This document shows, in pieces, positions 1-8,782 of a stretch of 64,000 nt of DNA (the first letter of the stretch is position 1; each line of letters opens with the position of its first letter). Both the position numbers and the translations under genes were made by a program. Origin of the DNA: an uncultured Fibrobacterota bacterium (GTDB taxonomy: Bacteria; Fibrobacterota; Chitinivibrionia; Chitinivibrionales; WJKA01); the NCBI GenBank assembly GCA_964571815.1, contig CAZNDN010000002.1, positions 4,246 to 68,245 of the forward strand. Direction: 5' to 3'. Under the pieces are notes generated by a model. That model was not told where the DNA came from. It made no database searches and saw nothing but the letters and a program-made list of their open reading frames with translations.

Positions 1-108
1 CGAAGAAGAAGCCGGAGGCGTTGTGAAAGTCAAAGACATGCAAAGCGGTGAGGAAAGGGAAATAGAAAACAATGCTCTTGAGGAGTACCTCGGAAGCCGT
101 CTCCCCCC

Positions 109-1500
109 TCACTGAGCCCCCGGTTCGCCGCCCAGCGCATGCGCGATCTCCCGGGCGAAAGCCTCGAGGGTGGGGTCCCGCGCACCCATGCAAATGATGC
201 AATCCCCGTCCGCGGCCTCCGCCGCCACCGCCCGCAATGCTTCCCTCCGGTCGCCGAGCACGTGCACGACACATGTCGCGTGCCCCATCGAATCCGCAAT
301 ATCACCGGAAGAAATATCCCGTTGCGCCGTCCCGCCCGCATCATAGATCGGCAGCAGGTACAAAACGTCGGGGGCGGAAAGCTCGGTCGAAAAAACGGCC
401 GCCAGGTCTTCTTTGAGAAACCGTGTCGGACCGAACCCGTGGGGCTGGAACAAGGCGAGCACGCGCCGGGCGCCGAGATGTGCGGCGCGGAGTGCCGCGA
501 CGATCTTTGCGGGATTGTGCGCGTAGTCGTCAACCACCCGGATGCCTCCGCGATTGGAAACAACGGTGAAGCGACGCCTGATGCCCCGCAGACCGGCGGC
601 GGCCCGGGCAAGTTCCGACGGTGTGCACTCAAGGTAGCTGCATACGCTCAGCGCGGCCAGAAGGTTCGAAGCATTGTGGGCACCCGGCTGCCGAAGTGTG
701 AAATCCGTTCCCAGACAGCGGAACGTCACGCCTTCGCCGTCGGAACGGAGAGCCTCGGCCCGAAATGACGCCTCTTCCGTGAAACCAAATGTACGGTCGG
801 CGGGAATGCTCTCCAGAAGAGGTTCGTCCGAATTGACAAACACCATTCTACTCCGTAACGCCAATTGTCCGAACATACCCAGTGTTTCATCGACCGGCTG
901 GTGATCTTTGGAGACATTGAGGAACACCGCGATGTCGGGGGTGTATCGCACCAGGCTCCCGTCACTTTCGTCCGCCTCGACAATGAGCAGATCGGACCGG
1001 CCGACCCATGCGTTTCCGATGTAGCCTTTCTCCGCCAGTGCGACCAGCGGGGCGCCCGTTATCAACGAAGGATTCTTGCCGCAGGCACAGAGCAGCTCAA
1101 ATATGACCGCGGCCACACTGGACTTGCCGCTGGTGCCGGCAACGGCGACGCCGCGATGCGTCTTCACCAGCGCAGCAACCACGTCGGAGCGATGCAGAAC
1201 GGGAATGCCTTTTTCCCGCGCGGCCAGAATGTCTCGATTGTCCTTCTCCACCGCCGTTGAGACAACTACCGCTTGAGTGTTCGGCCCTATGCCGCCGCCG
1301 TCCTGCGCAACCACCCGGCAGCCCATCTCCTCGAGCCCGCTGCGCACCACTCCACCGCCGCCGCGATCAATCAGCCGGTCGGAACCCGACACGTCAATTC
1401 CCTTCCATCGCACAAACTGAGCCACCGCACTCATCCCCGAGCCCAGGATACCCGCGAAGTGCAGGGAAGTGTATTCTTTCGTATCAATGAATAACGACAA
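109..1500 (-). CDS. MurC/Mpl-family UDP-N-acetylmuramate:peptide ligase (paralog outside the dcw cluster)
   Basis: HFAGILGSGMSAVA, VAVAGTSGKS P-loop, EADESDGS, DDYAHNP, FQPH motifs. ORF is open to 1545; likely TTG start at 1500. Confidence 0.85.
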   Translation of the reverse strand: MSLFIDTKEYTSLHFAGILGSGMSAVAQFVRWKGIDVSGSDRLIDRGGGGVVRSGLEEMGCRVVAQDGGGIGPNTQAVVVSTAVEKDNRDILAAREKGIPVLHRSDVVAALVKTHRGVAVAGTSGKSSVAAVIFELLCACGKNPSLITGAPLVALAEKGYIGNAWVGRSDLLIVEADESDGSLVRYTPDIAVFLNVSKDHQPVDETLGMFGQLALRSRMVFVNSDEPLLESIPADRTFGFTEEASFRAEALRSDGEGVTFRCLGTDFTLRQPGAHNASNLLAALSVCSYLECTPSELARAAAGLRGIRRRFTVVSNRGGIRVVDDYAHNPAKIVAALRAAHLGARRVLALFQPHGFGPTRFLKEDLAAVFSTELSAPDVLYLLPIYDAGGTAQRDISSGDIADSMGHATCVVHVLGDRREALRAVAAEAADGDCIICMGARDPTLEAFAREIAHALGGEPGAQ

Positions 1501-2026
1501 CGGTTCCCTCGTCGACCCGGTCGTACAACTCCACGACATCCTCATTCAACATGCGCACACAGCCGTGTGAGGCGGGCGAGCCTATTTCCGATTCACGGTT
1601 TGTACCGTGAATATAAATATTACGCTCGTAGCTGCCGATCCCTTCCCCTTTGTTGACACCCTCCTCGAGCCCTTCAAGCTGAAGTATTCTTGTCAGCACA
1701 AGATCATCATCGCGATCACCGCCGTCCCAGGTTACTCCCGAATCCACACGCATCGTGAAGATTGTCCGCGTCGGTGCCCCGTCTCCGACCTTGCGACATA
1801 TCCTGTGAATGCCGGTAGGTGTCTTGAATGATCCTTCGAGGTTCCCGGTCCCCAGCGAAGAGGTTGACACGGGATATTGGCGCACAACTTTTCCGTCATG
1901 TACCAGCTTCAGGCGCTGTGCCGACGTATCAACCACCAGAATCCGTTCGGGAAAAGCATGTACTATATTCTTCAGGCGCGCGGCAAGTTCATCCGGCACT
2001 ACCGATGACACGACATGAACCTCCAT
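1484..2026 (-). CDS. YkuD-family L,D-transpeptidase-fold protein
   Basis: YPVSTS, GSFKTPTG and IYIHGT...SHGCVRM (His/Cys catalytic motif intact). Confidence 0.92.
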   Translation of the reverse strand: MEVHVVSSVVPDELAARLKNIVHAFPERILVVDTSAQRLKLVHDGKVVRQYPVSTSSLGTGNLEGSFKTPTGIHRICRKVGDGAPTRTIFTMRVDSGVTWDGGDRDDDLVLTRILQLEGLEEGVNKGEGIGSYERNIYIHGTNRESEIGSPASHGCVRMLNEDVVELYDRVDEGTVVVIH

Positions 2027-2129
2027 TTCTATCCGGGTCCGCCTTTCGGGCTTTCATTCCCGAAGGCACGGTGCAACGGTCTTCAGAGAAAATAATCTCC
2101 CTGTCCTTTTCCGTCCAAGAGGTGGGTAT

Positions 2130-2801
2130 ATGAAAGATCCCATGCTGAAGAAATCATCGACCGAGGAGACGTGGCGCATTTTCAGAATCATGGCCGAGTT
2201 TGTTGAAGGTTTCGAGACGCTGTCGCGTGCGGGGCCGTGTCTGACGATCTTCGGATCGGCTCGAACTTCCGACAACCACGATGCATACAAGCTTGCCGAG
2301 TCAACCGCGCGGCTTGCGGCCGAGAAGGGTTACGGCGTGATTACCGGGGGCGGGCCGGGAATCATGGAAGCCGCAAACAAGGGCGCCGCGGAAGGAGGAG
2401 GTAATTCGATCGGTTTGAATATACAACTGCCCTACGAGCAGGTCCCGAACGAACATATCACCACCATGATCAACTTCCGATACTTCTTTATCCGCAAAGT
2501 CATGTTCCTGAAGTACACTTCGGCGGTCATTGTGATGCCGGGCGGTTTCGGTACGCTTGATGAGATGTTCGAGACGCTCACGCTTATCCAGACGCACAAG
2601 ATATCCTACCTTCCTCTTATCCTGATGGGAGTTGACTTCTGGCAGGGCCTGCTCGACTGGCTTCGCACCAGGGCTCTCACATCGGACTACATTGTCGAAG
2701 AAGACATCGGGTTGATGACGTTGACCGACAGCCCCCGGAAGGCTATCGATACCATAAGTTCTTTCTATGAAAAGAGGGAGAGTGATAGAAACTTCCTGTG
2801 A
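2130..2801 (+). CDS. LOG-family (TIGR00730-type) nucleotide phosphoribohydrolase
   Basis: TIFGSAR, ITGGGPGIMEAANKGA, FFIRKVMF, PGGFGTLDE motifs. Confidence 0.93.
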   Translation: MKDPMLKKSSTEETWRIFRIMAEFVEGFETLSRAGPCLTIFGSARTSDNHDAYKLAESTARLAAEKGYGVITGGGPGIMEAANKGAAEGGGNSIGLNIQLPYEQVPNEHITTMINFRYFFIRKVMFLKYTSAVIVMPGGFGTLDEMFETLTLIQTHKISYLPLILMGVDFWQGLLDWLRTRALTSDYIVEEDIGLMTLTDSPRKAIDTISSFYEKRESDRNFL

Positions 2802-2853
2802 TCCCTGGTACCCAAAAAAGAAAAAGAAAACACAACACGTTTGAACTTTTCTA

Positions 2854-2882
2854 TTGACAACGCACTTGCCATGGGTTATTAT
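2854..2882 (+). promoter_or_regulatory. Near-consensus sigma70 promoter with upstream A-tract
   Basis: TTGACA (2854-2859), 17 nt spacer, TATTAT (2877-2882); A-rich tract at about 2814-2830. Confidence 0.8.
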
Positions 2883-3015
2883 TATATTTAAAGGGAAATG
2901 CAAAGGACGAAAAAGAAGTGAACTTTACAAACAGGAATAGACAAATGGTGCGCCACCCCAAAGACGTGTTGTGTAGCTCTAACCGTCTCACCCAAATCCA
3001 AAAGGAGGTTTTCCT

Positions 3016-3198
3016 GTGGCAGTGAAGAAAAAGGCCGCCAAGAAGAAGGCGACAAAGAAGAAGGCCACGAGGAAAAAGGTGACAAAGAAGAAGGCCCCGG
3101 CCAAGAAAAAGGCCGTGAAGAAAAAGGCCACAAAGAAGAAGGCTGCAAAGAAGAAGGCCCCGGCCAAGAAAAAGAGTGCTGCGAAGAAGAAGAAATAG
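3016..3198 (+). CDS. Histone H1-like Lys/Ala-rich small basic protein
   Basis: 60 aa, 33 Lys in xxKKK repeats; AAGGAGG RBS before the GTG start; own promoter and terminator. Confidence 0.85.
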   Translation: MAVKKKAAKKKATKKKATRKKVTKKKAPAKKKAVKKKATKKKAAKKKAPAKKKSAAKKKK

Positions 3199-3223
3199 GG
3201 CCGAGGGATCGTTTTTATTTTCA

Positions 3224-3256
3224 AGAAGCGGAGGAGGCGCGTCCTTCTCCGCTTCT
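3224..3256 (+). terminator. Rho-independent terminator after the H1-like gene
   Basis: AGAAGCGGAG/CTCCGCTTCT perfect 10 bp stem extended by GAGG/CCTT, followed by GCTTTTC. Confidence 0.75.
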
Positions 3257-3337
3257 GCTTTTCTGAAGAGACCTTCCTTTTCTCCCCGTTTCCAAGGCCT
3301 TTTCAACCCGTTCGGCGAGCATTTCCGACAACCGAAC

Positions 3338-3366
3338 TTGCAAATACATTCGGCATTGTGTAATTT
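3338..3366 (+). promoter_or_regulatory. Possible sigma70 promoter for the Tex-like gene
   Basis: TTGCAA, 17 nt spacer, TAATTT with TG upstream of the -10. Confidence 0.4.
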
Positions 3367-3385
3367 TTAGTGGCTTAAATCGCAG

Positions 3386-5575
3386 ATGTCCCTTCGTATG
3401 GTTCAATTCGCACATCATATCGCCGAAAAATTTCGTCTCGACGGGGAGTTGGCACGTCAGGTATGTGCCGCATTCAGCCGTAACGACTCTTCGTTCTTCC
3501 TGTCCGAGTATGTCCCTGATATTGCCACCGAAGTGGAGCTCGATCGGCTCTTCGAGATAGCGGATTTCCTCGGAGAGATGGCCGCTCTCGCACCAAAGCG
3601 TACGCGGGTGATAAATGCGCTGCGAAAGGCGGGCAAACTCACTGCTGCACAGGAAGAGAGAGCAAAGCTCTGCACCAACGGATACGAACTGGACGATATG
3701 CTGGCCGCGTATCGCCTCAACCCGCGCAGCAGAGGACAGCAAGCCCTGAAAAAGGGGCTCGGCGATCTTACCGACGTCGTGCAGGCACAGGAAATCGAAA
3801 AGGGGACCCTCGAGCAGCGAGCTGAAAAGCTTGTCGGTACACATTCCTCATTGAAAAACACTAATGACGTTCTCACGGGGGTGAAGGATATTCTTGTCGA
3901 GCGGTTCTCCTCCGATGAAACCGTTAGGGCGCTTGTTCGGGAGTTCGCCGGCGAAGAAGGGTTTCTTGAAGTCATTCCCAGGAAAAAGGAATCGCGTTTC
4001 CGGAAGTATGCCGGACAGAATCTTTCGCCGGCCGATGTTGCCGGAGAGGAGCTACTGTCGCTTCTTGTTGCCGAGGACCGCAAGGAAGTACGGGTCAAAC
4101 TCGGTGTACAGCTCTTCCACGTAACGGAATTGCTTCGACAACACTTTCTCGAAAACCCCGACTCCATCGGGTTCGACCTCATGTGCGATGCGATAGACGA
4201 GTGCTGGGTCAGAAGCCTTCAGCCGATGGTGGAGAAGGATGTCAAGGGTCGGTTGCGCGCCGAATCCGAAGCCCTTGTCGCGAGCCGTATCAAGGGGGAC
4301 TTCAGGAACAAGTCTTCGGAGAAGACAACCTCCGGGCATTTTCTCTCCGTGGGCTTCTTCGGAGCCCCTCACATGGGAATGGCCGCGTGCGGTCCGGATG
4401 GGCGGTTGTTGGGAGCAACCACATTGCGAAAAGCCGGGCAGGACAGGGCGGCTACCGCAAACCGCATCCATCAGTTCCTCTCCCGGTATCGATGCCGAAC
4501 GATTCTCCTGCGCAAGGGCGAGGAAACTCCTCTGGTAAAGCCCCACGTGGAGCGAGCCGTTCGGTCGGCCGGATTCGACTGTGCCGTACTTGAGCATCCG
4601 TGGGACGAGCGTACGAGAAAACTCTCGGCCGGCGAGTGGATCCGTAACCAATTCGGGGACCTCGATCAGCAGATGCAACGCGCTTATGCGCTGGCTCTGT
4701 CGTATCTTCAACCGATTTCCCTCGTATCGGAAATCGGTGTCGACATGTTTGACCTTCATCCGCTTCAACACCTGATTTCACCTGCCACGCTGCGACGAAT
4801 CGTGAGCCGGTGTACGGCACAGGCAAAGCTGGCACAGGGGCTTCCGGGAGGAAAAATCCCCGCTTACCTTGCCGATCTTTTCCCGGCGCTCACCCGCGAA
4901 AAAGCCGGCAAGATCCAGGCTCGCTTGCTGAAGTCTCCGCTTGCCTCCAAAGTGGAATTCTCCGAAGTTAACGGGACTGATGAAGACATCGTCCGGAACC
5001 TTGTTGGATACATTGTCATACCGACTTCTCCTCACCCTCTTGACCGAACCCGGGTGCACCCCGACCATTTCCAGTGGGTGGAAGAAATGTCCGAAGAGCT
5101 TGGATGCTCCGTTGAAGCCCTGATCAACGAGCCGGAACTCCTCAGGTCGCTTCGTACCGAAGACTATGTCAAAAGCATTTATATGGAACAGAGGCTGATG
5201 GGCCAACTCGCAGCGGGGCAACTCCACGCGCAGGGGACCCGGCCCAAGGCCGGCAGGAAGCTGAAGCTCTCCGAGATAAAGGAAGGGGCCATTGTGGCCG
5301 GGCGGGTAACCAATATCACGCCCTTCGGCGTCTTTGTCGATATCAATGCCGTGTGTGATGGTCTTGTTCACATCTCGCAACTGGCCGACGGCTACGTCGA
5401 GAACGCCGAGCAGGTTGTGTCCGTGGGTGAAGAAATAAATGTCAGGGTGGTCTCGGTGAACCCCAAGAAACGACGAATCTCACTCACTATGAAAAAGCTG
5501 GGGCAACTCGCCCCAAAAGTGCGGCCTTCCAAGGGACAACTCAGCAATCTCGCCGATCATTTCCGGAACCGCTGA
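3386..5575 (+). CDS. Divergent Tex-like protein with C-terminal S1 domain
   Basis: Tex-like length and order of elements, LDRTRVHP motif, clear S1 domain (GRVTNITPFGVFVDI...DGLVHISQL). Confidence 0.8.
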   Translation: MSLRMVQFAHHIAEKFRLDGELARQVCAAFSRNDSSFFLSEYVPDIATEVELDRLFEIADFLGEMAALAPKRTRVINALRKAGKLTAAQEERAKLCTNGYELDDMLAAYRLNPRSRGQQALKKGLGDLTDVVQAQEIEKGTLEQRAEKLVGTHSSLKNTNDVLTGVKDILVERFSSDETVRALVREFAGEEGFLEVIPRKKESRFRKYAGQNLSPADVAGEELLSLLVAEDRKEVRVKLGVQLFHVTELLRQHFLENPDSIGFDLMCDAIDECWVRSLQPMVEKDVKGRLRAESEALVASRIKGDFRNKSSEKTTSGHFLSVGFFGAPHMGMAACGPDGRLLGATTLRKAGQDRAATANRIHQFLSRYRCRTILLRKGEETPLVKPHVERAVRSAGFDCAVLEHPWDERTRKLSAGEWIRNQFGDLDQQMQRAYALALSYLQPISLVSEIGVDMFDLHPLQHLISPATLRRIVSRCTAQAKLAQGLPGGKIPAYLADLFPALTREKAGKIQARLLKSPLASKVEFSEVNGTDEDIVRNLVGYIVIPTSPHPLDRTRVHPDHFQWVEEMSEELGCSVEALINEPELLRSLRTEDYVKSIYMEQRLMGQLAAGQLHAQGTRPKAGRKLKLSEIKEGAIVAGRVTNITPFGVFVDINAVCDGLVHISQLADGYVENAEQVVSVGEEINVRVVSVNPKKRRISLTMKKLGQLAPKVRPSKGQLSNLADHFRNR

Positions 5576-5651
5576 ACCTGTCGAAAACGTTACTACTCAG
5601 GCAGGTCGGGTCGGCCCGTCATTACAACGTACTCCGGGCCCAATCGAGAGG

Positions 5652-5795
5652 ACTGCGAAGCGCCGGCGGCTGCACCTTGAAACAAGGCGGCGGAGCGTGG
5701 GGTTCGGCTTTCTCCGGGCATGTTCAGGACTGGATTTTCAGCTCTCCGGGACCCCGGCAGCTCGCGCAGGAACCCACCGGCGCTTCAGTAGGCAC
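5652..5795 (-). ncRNA. Candidate 6S RNA-like structured RNA
   Basis: Closing stem GAAGCGCCGG/CCGGCGCTTC (5657-5666 with 5777-5786). Minus-strand elements TGAACATGCCCGGAGAAAGCC and CCTTGTTTCAAGGTGCAGCC resemble 6S RNA segments in the expected order. Confidence 0.5.
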
Positions 5796-5801
5796 TCAAC
5801 G

Positions 5802-7478
5802 CTACATTCTCTCCGGCGCCGTCACGCCCAGGAGTCCAAGCGTCATTCGGAGAAGATTCTTCACCCCCATGGTTAGAAGAAGCCGGGCCTTCGTCCGTGG
5901 CGAGTCGTCGGTAACGATGCGATGCTTCTGATAAAATTGATGAAAGGCTGCCGCTACGGTTTCGGCGTAGGAAGTCAGCTTTCGGGGTTCGACAGTCTCG
6001 GCGGCGAGCCTGACTACATGCGGAAACTCCGCCGCGATTTTAAGTATCTCCAGTTCTTCAGGCCGATCAAGCGCATCGGGCTGCGCGCCGGCAATCGCCT
6101 CCGGTGAATACCCGCGTGCCGCCGCGTGCAGCAGTACGTTGCAGGTACGAGCGTGGGCATACTGCACATAGTACACGGGGTTATCTTCGCTCCTTCTCAC
6201 CGCCAGATCCATATCAAAATCGAAATGGCTCGACAGACGTCGCATCAGGAAGAAGTAGCGCGCAGCATCGACCCCAACCTGGTCAATCAGATCGGACATG
6301 GTCACGATCTCCCCCCGACGCTTTGACATGAGATACGGACGTCCATCTCTGATCAGGTTCACCTGCTGTATAATGAAGTTCTTGAATACGGGTTTCCGCA
6401 GTTCCAGCGCCTCGACCGCCGCCTCGAGGCGAGGCAGATATCCGTGATGATCGGGGCCCCAGAATGTATAGGATTCATCGAACCCCCGTTCCGCCTTCGC
6501 GACATGGTATGCAATGTCGGCCAGGAAATAGGTGGGTTCACCATCGCCCCGCACCATGACCCGATCCTTCTCATCTCCGAAGCCGGATGAGCGGAACCAC
6601 CGTGCCCCGTCCGCCTCGTACACCAACCCTTTCTTTCCAAGAATATCCATGACGGCATCGGTCTGTCCCTCACGGTGCAGTATGCTTTCACGGAACCACG
6701 TGTCGTACTCCACCCCATAGGCATTGAGAATACGGCGTTGATCGATAAGGTTATACTCCAGAGCCCTCGTTTGGAAAAACTCTCCAAGATCGCGCTCTTC
6801 AAGCGCCTCGACCTCGGGACATTCCCGAACAATCCGCTGCGTCAGCTCCGTAACATATTCTCCTTCGTATCCTCCCTCGGGAACCGTTGCGCTCTTCCCC
6901 TTGCTCTGAAGATAGCGCGCGGCAAGGGAAGCCCCCAGCAGCTTGACCTGCCTGCCGTAATCGTTGACGTAGTACTCCCGTTTCACGCTGTTGCCGATCC
7001 ATTCATGGAGACGCGCGGTTACATCGCCCACCGCCGCCGCCCGTGCATTCACCACCACCATCGGCCCCGTCGGGTTGGCGCTCACGAATTCCAGAAGTAT
7101 GCTGTGCGGCACCCGCACCTGGTTGCGCCCGAAGTCTTCCGGCGCCGTTACCAGACGTCCCAGGAGATCATTAAGGTATTCCCTGCTCAGCCTGAAGTTG
7201 AGGAAACCGCCTCGCACCGTGCGCCCCAGCTCCGGGTCGGGTTCGATGAATGACCGATCCCACCTGAATGAGTCCATGAGGCGACGCGCTATCTCTGCCG
7301 GCGGCCTCTTCAGTGCTCGAGCCAGAGAGACGGGAAGAGGAGAACTGATATCGCCGAACGAGGGATTCTTGGGCTTCTCCACCACAACCTGTGCCGGCGT
7401 CAAGCCGATCTCCGGGAATACCTCAGTCACCGCGTCACGCAGTGAACGTGAGAGATACGACCGCACTTCCTCCTTCAT
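5802..7478 (-). CDS. argS: Arginine--tRNA ligase
   Basis: EFVSANPTGP HIGH-region motif, MSKRRG, YVQYAHAR, C-terminal APERM. ATG at 7478 overlaps the rsfS stop. Confidence 0.97.
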   Translation of the reverse strand: MKEEVRSYLSRSLRDAVTEVFPEIGLTPAQVVVEKPKNPSFGDISSPLPVSLARALKRPPAEIARRLMDSFRWDRSFIEPDPELGRTVRGGFLNFRLSREYLNDLLGRLVTAPEDFGRNQVRVPHSILLEFVSANPTGPMVVVNARAAAVGDVTARLHEWIGNSVKREYYVNDYGRQVKLLGASLAARYLQSKGKSATVPEGGYEGEYVTELTQRIVRECPEVEALEERDLGEFFQTRALEYNLIDQRRILNAYGVEYDTWFRESILHREGQTDAVMDILGKKGLVYEADGARWFRSSGFGDEKDRVMVRGDGEPTYFLADIAYHVAKAERGFDESYTFWGPDHHGYLPRLEAAVEALELRKPVFKNFIIQQVNLIRDGRPYLMSKRRGEIVTMSDLIDQVGVDAARYFFLMRRLSSHFDFDMDLAVRRSEDNPVYYVQYAHARTCNVLLHAAARGYSPEAIAGAQPDALDRPEELEILKIAAEFPHVVRLAAETVEPRKLTSYAETVAAAFHQFYQKHRIVTDDSPRTKARLLLTMGVKNLLRMTLGLLGVTAPERM

Positions 7479-7855
7479 TTCCCCTTCCCTTCGCCTTCCG
7501 TTCCACGCCTTTCGGTTTCCCGCCATATCGCATCCAGGCCGTAGTATTCCCTTACCTCGGGCAGCATCACGTGCACGACTACATCCACATAATCAAGAAG
7601 TATCCACCGCGACTCGCCGGCCCCTTCCACATGCCACACCCTGCCCTCCCGTTCCTCCACACCCTTGAGAATCGAATCGGCAATAGCCCTGTTGTGTACA
7701 ATGTTGTTCCCGCCGCACATCACGACCCATTCGGCCGGAGCGCCCTTGCGTCGAAGATCAAACAGCTCGATCCCCTCCGCACCTTTGTCGGAAGCAAGCT
7801 CCGCCGCCAACGTCGCCAGTTCCTTCCCTCGCGGCGAACGTGCGTCCCTGCTCAT
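7475..7855 (-). CDS. rsfS: Ribosome silencing factor
   Basis: DKGAEGIELFDL, WILLDYVDVVVHVM, REYYGLDAIW. Confidence 0.93.
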   Translation of the reverse strand: MSRDARSPRGKELATLAAELASDKGAEGIELFDLRRKGAPAEWVVMCGGNNIVHNRAIADSILKGVEEREGRVWHVEGAGESRWILLDYVDVVVHVMLPEVREYYGLDAIWRETERRGTEGEGKGK

Positions 7856-8268
7856 TGGATCAACCTTTGAAAATCGTGACCAACAACTACCGTTACATCA
7901 CGACCGCCCTCGGTGTCACGCAGCAAAATCACCCGGTCGGGACTAACGCCCAATGCCTCTCCGACTTCCCGGGCGATCGTCATGTCGCCCGACCTGGACA
8001 CCACCAGGGTGAATGGATAGTCGAAACTGGAAGCGTTACCGATCTCGTCATTTCGCACGTCAAACCCGCTCGAACGAATCACTTCGGCAGTCTTCCACGC
8101 TGCATCGGACACCCCGCACCCGTTCAGTACCTGAACGCGTCCAATATGAGGCACCAAAACGTCGGATTCCTCAGACGAAGCACCTCCCCCACTCCTTCGG
8201 TACATGCCGATGGCCACGGCCACCGCCATAATAACCGCTACGACAAGGAACGTTCCCAGATTACGCAT
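7852..8268 (-). CDS. LytR C-terminal domain membrane protein
   Basis: N-terminal TM helix, VQVLNGCGVSDAA, GNA, final DVTVVVGHDF; typical neighbour of rsfS. Confidence 0.85.
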   Translation of the reverse strand: MRNLGTFLVVAVIMAVAVAIGMYRRSGGGASSEESDVLVPHIGRVQVLNGCGVSDAAWKTAEVIRSSGFDVRNDEIGNASSFDYPFTLVVSRSGDMTIAREVGEALGVSPDRVILLRDTEGGRDVTVVVGHDFQRLIQ

Positions 8269-8419
8269 CGGTCAAAACAGGTCCTTATCAAACAGGTCGA
8301 ACCCCGTGCCGTTGCTTTCGTGCAGGTCATCGAATCGAATGATGACGCGGGGTCGGATACTTCCGGCTCGTCTGCCGAATCGAATTCCGGCACGAAACCA
8401 CACGAGGCTCTTCCAACGA

Positions 8420-8755
8420 TCAGCACACTCCGATATCGACGACTGTCGGTGAATGAGTTCCGATTTCGTCGTCTCCGAACAAAGCGTAGCTGAGCACTAC
8501 GATCTCGTCACCAACTTCGCCCAGACGGGCGGCAGGGCCATAAAGCTCGACCCCTCCCGTACCTTCCGGCATTTCGATCACGTAGGTGCGAAACCTGGCT
8601 CCGTTTGCCGCATTCAGCACGTCAACGGCCTCATTGGGCAAAATCCCGCTTCGATCGAGGTAGGCCTTGTCCAGGCCAATACTTCCCTCGTAGTGGAGAC
8701 TGGTCGCGGTTATCCGCAGCCCCTTCATCTTTGCCTTCAACATGGTTCTCAACAT
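8420..8755 (-). CDS. panD: Aspartate 1-decarboxylase proenzyme
   Basis: MLRTMLKAK, LHYEGSI self-cleavage site, NGARFRTY, GPAARL..GD.I. Confidence 0.92.
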   Translation of the reverse strand: MLRTMLKAKMKGLRITATSLHYEGSIGLDKAYLDRSGILPNEAVDVLNAANGARFRTYVIEMPEGTGGVELYGPAARLGEVGDEIVVLSYALFGDDEIGTHSPTVVDIGVC

Positions 8756-8782
8756 GGTTCCTGCCCCTGCTCCCTTCGTCGC

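Noticed and set aside
2988-3224. Phe-rich antisense ORF (FFFAAFFF...)
   Set aside because: Mirror of the Lys-rich plus-strand gene, which has the promoter, RBS and terminator.
8295-8306. tRNA or tmRNA fragment (minus strand GGGGTTCGACC)
   Set aside because: No cloverleaf, acceptor stem or CCA end.
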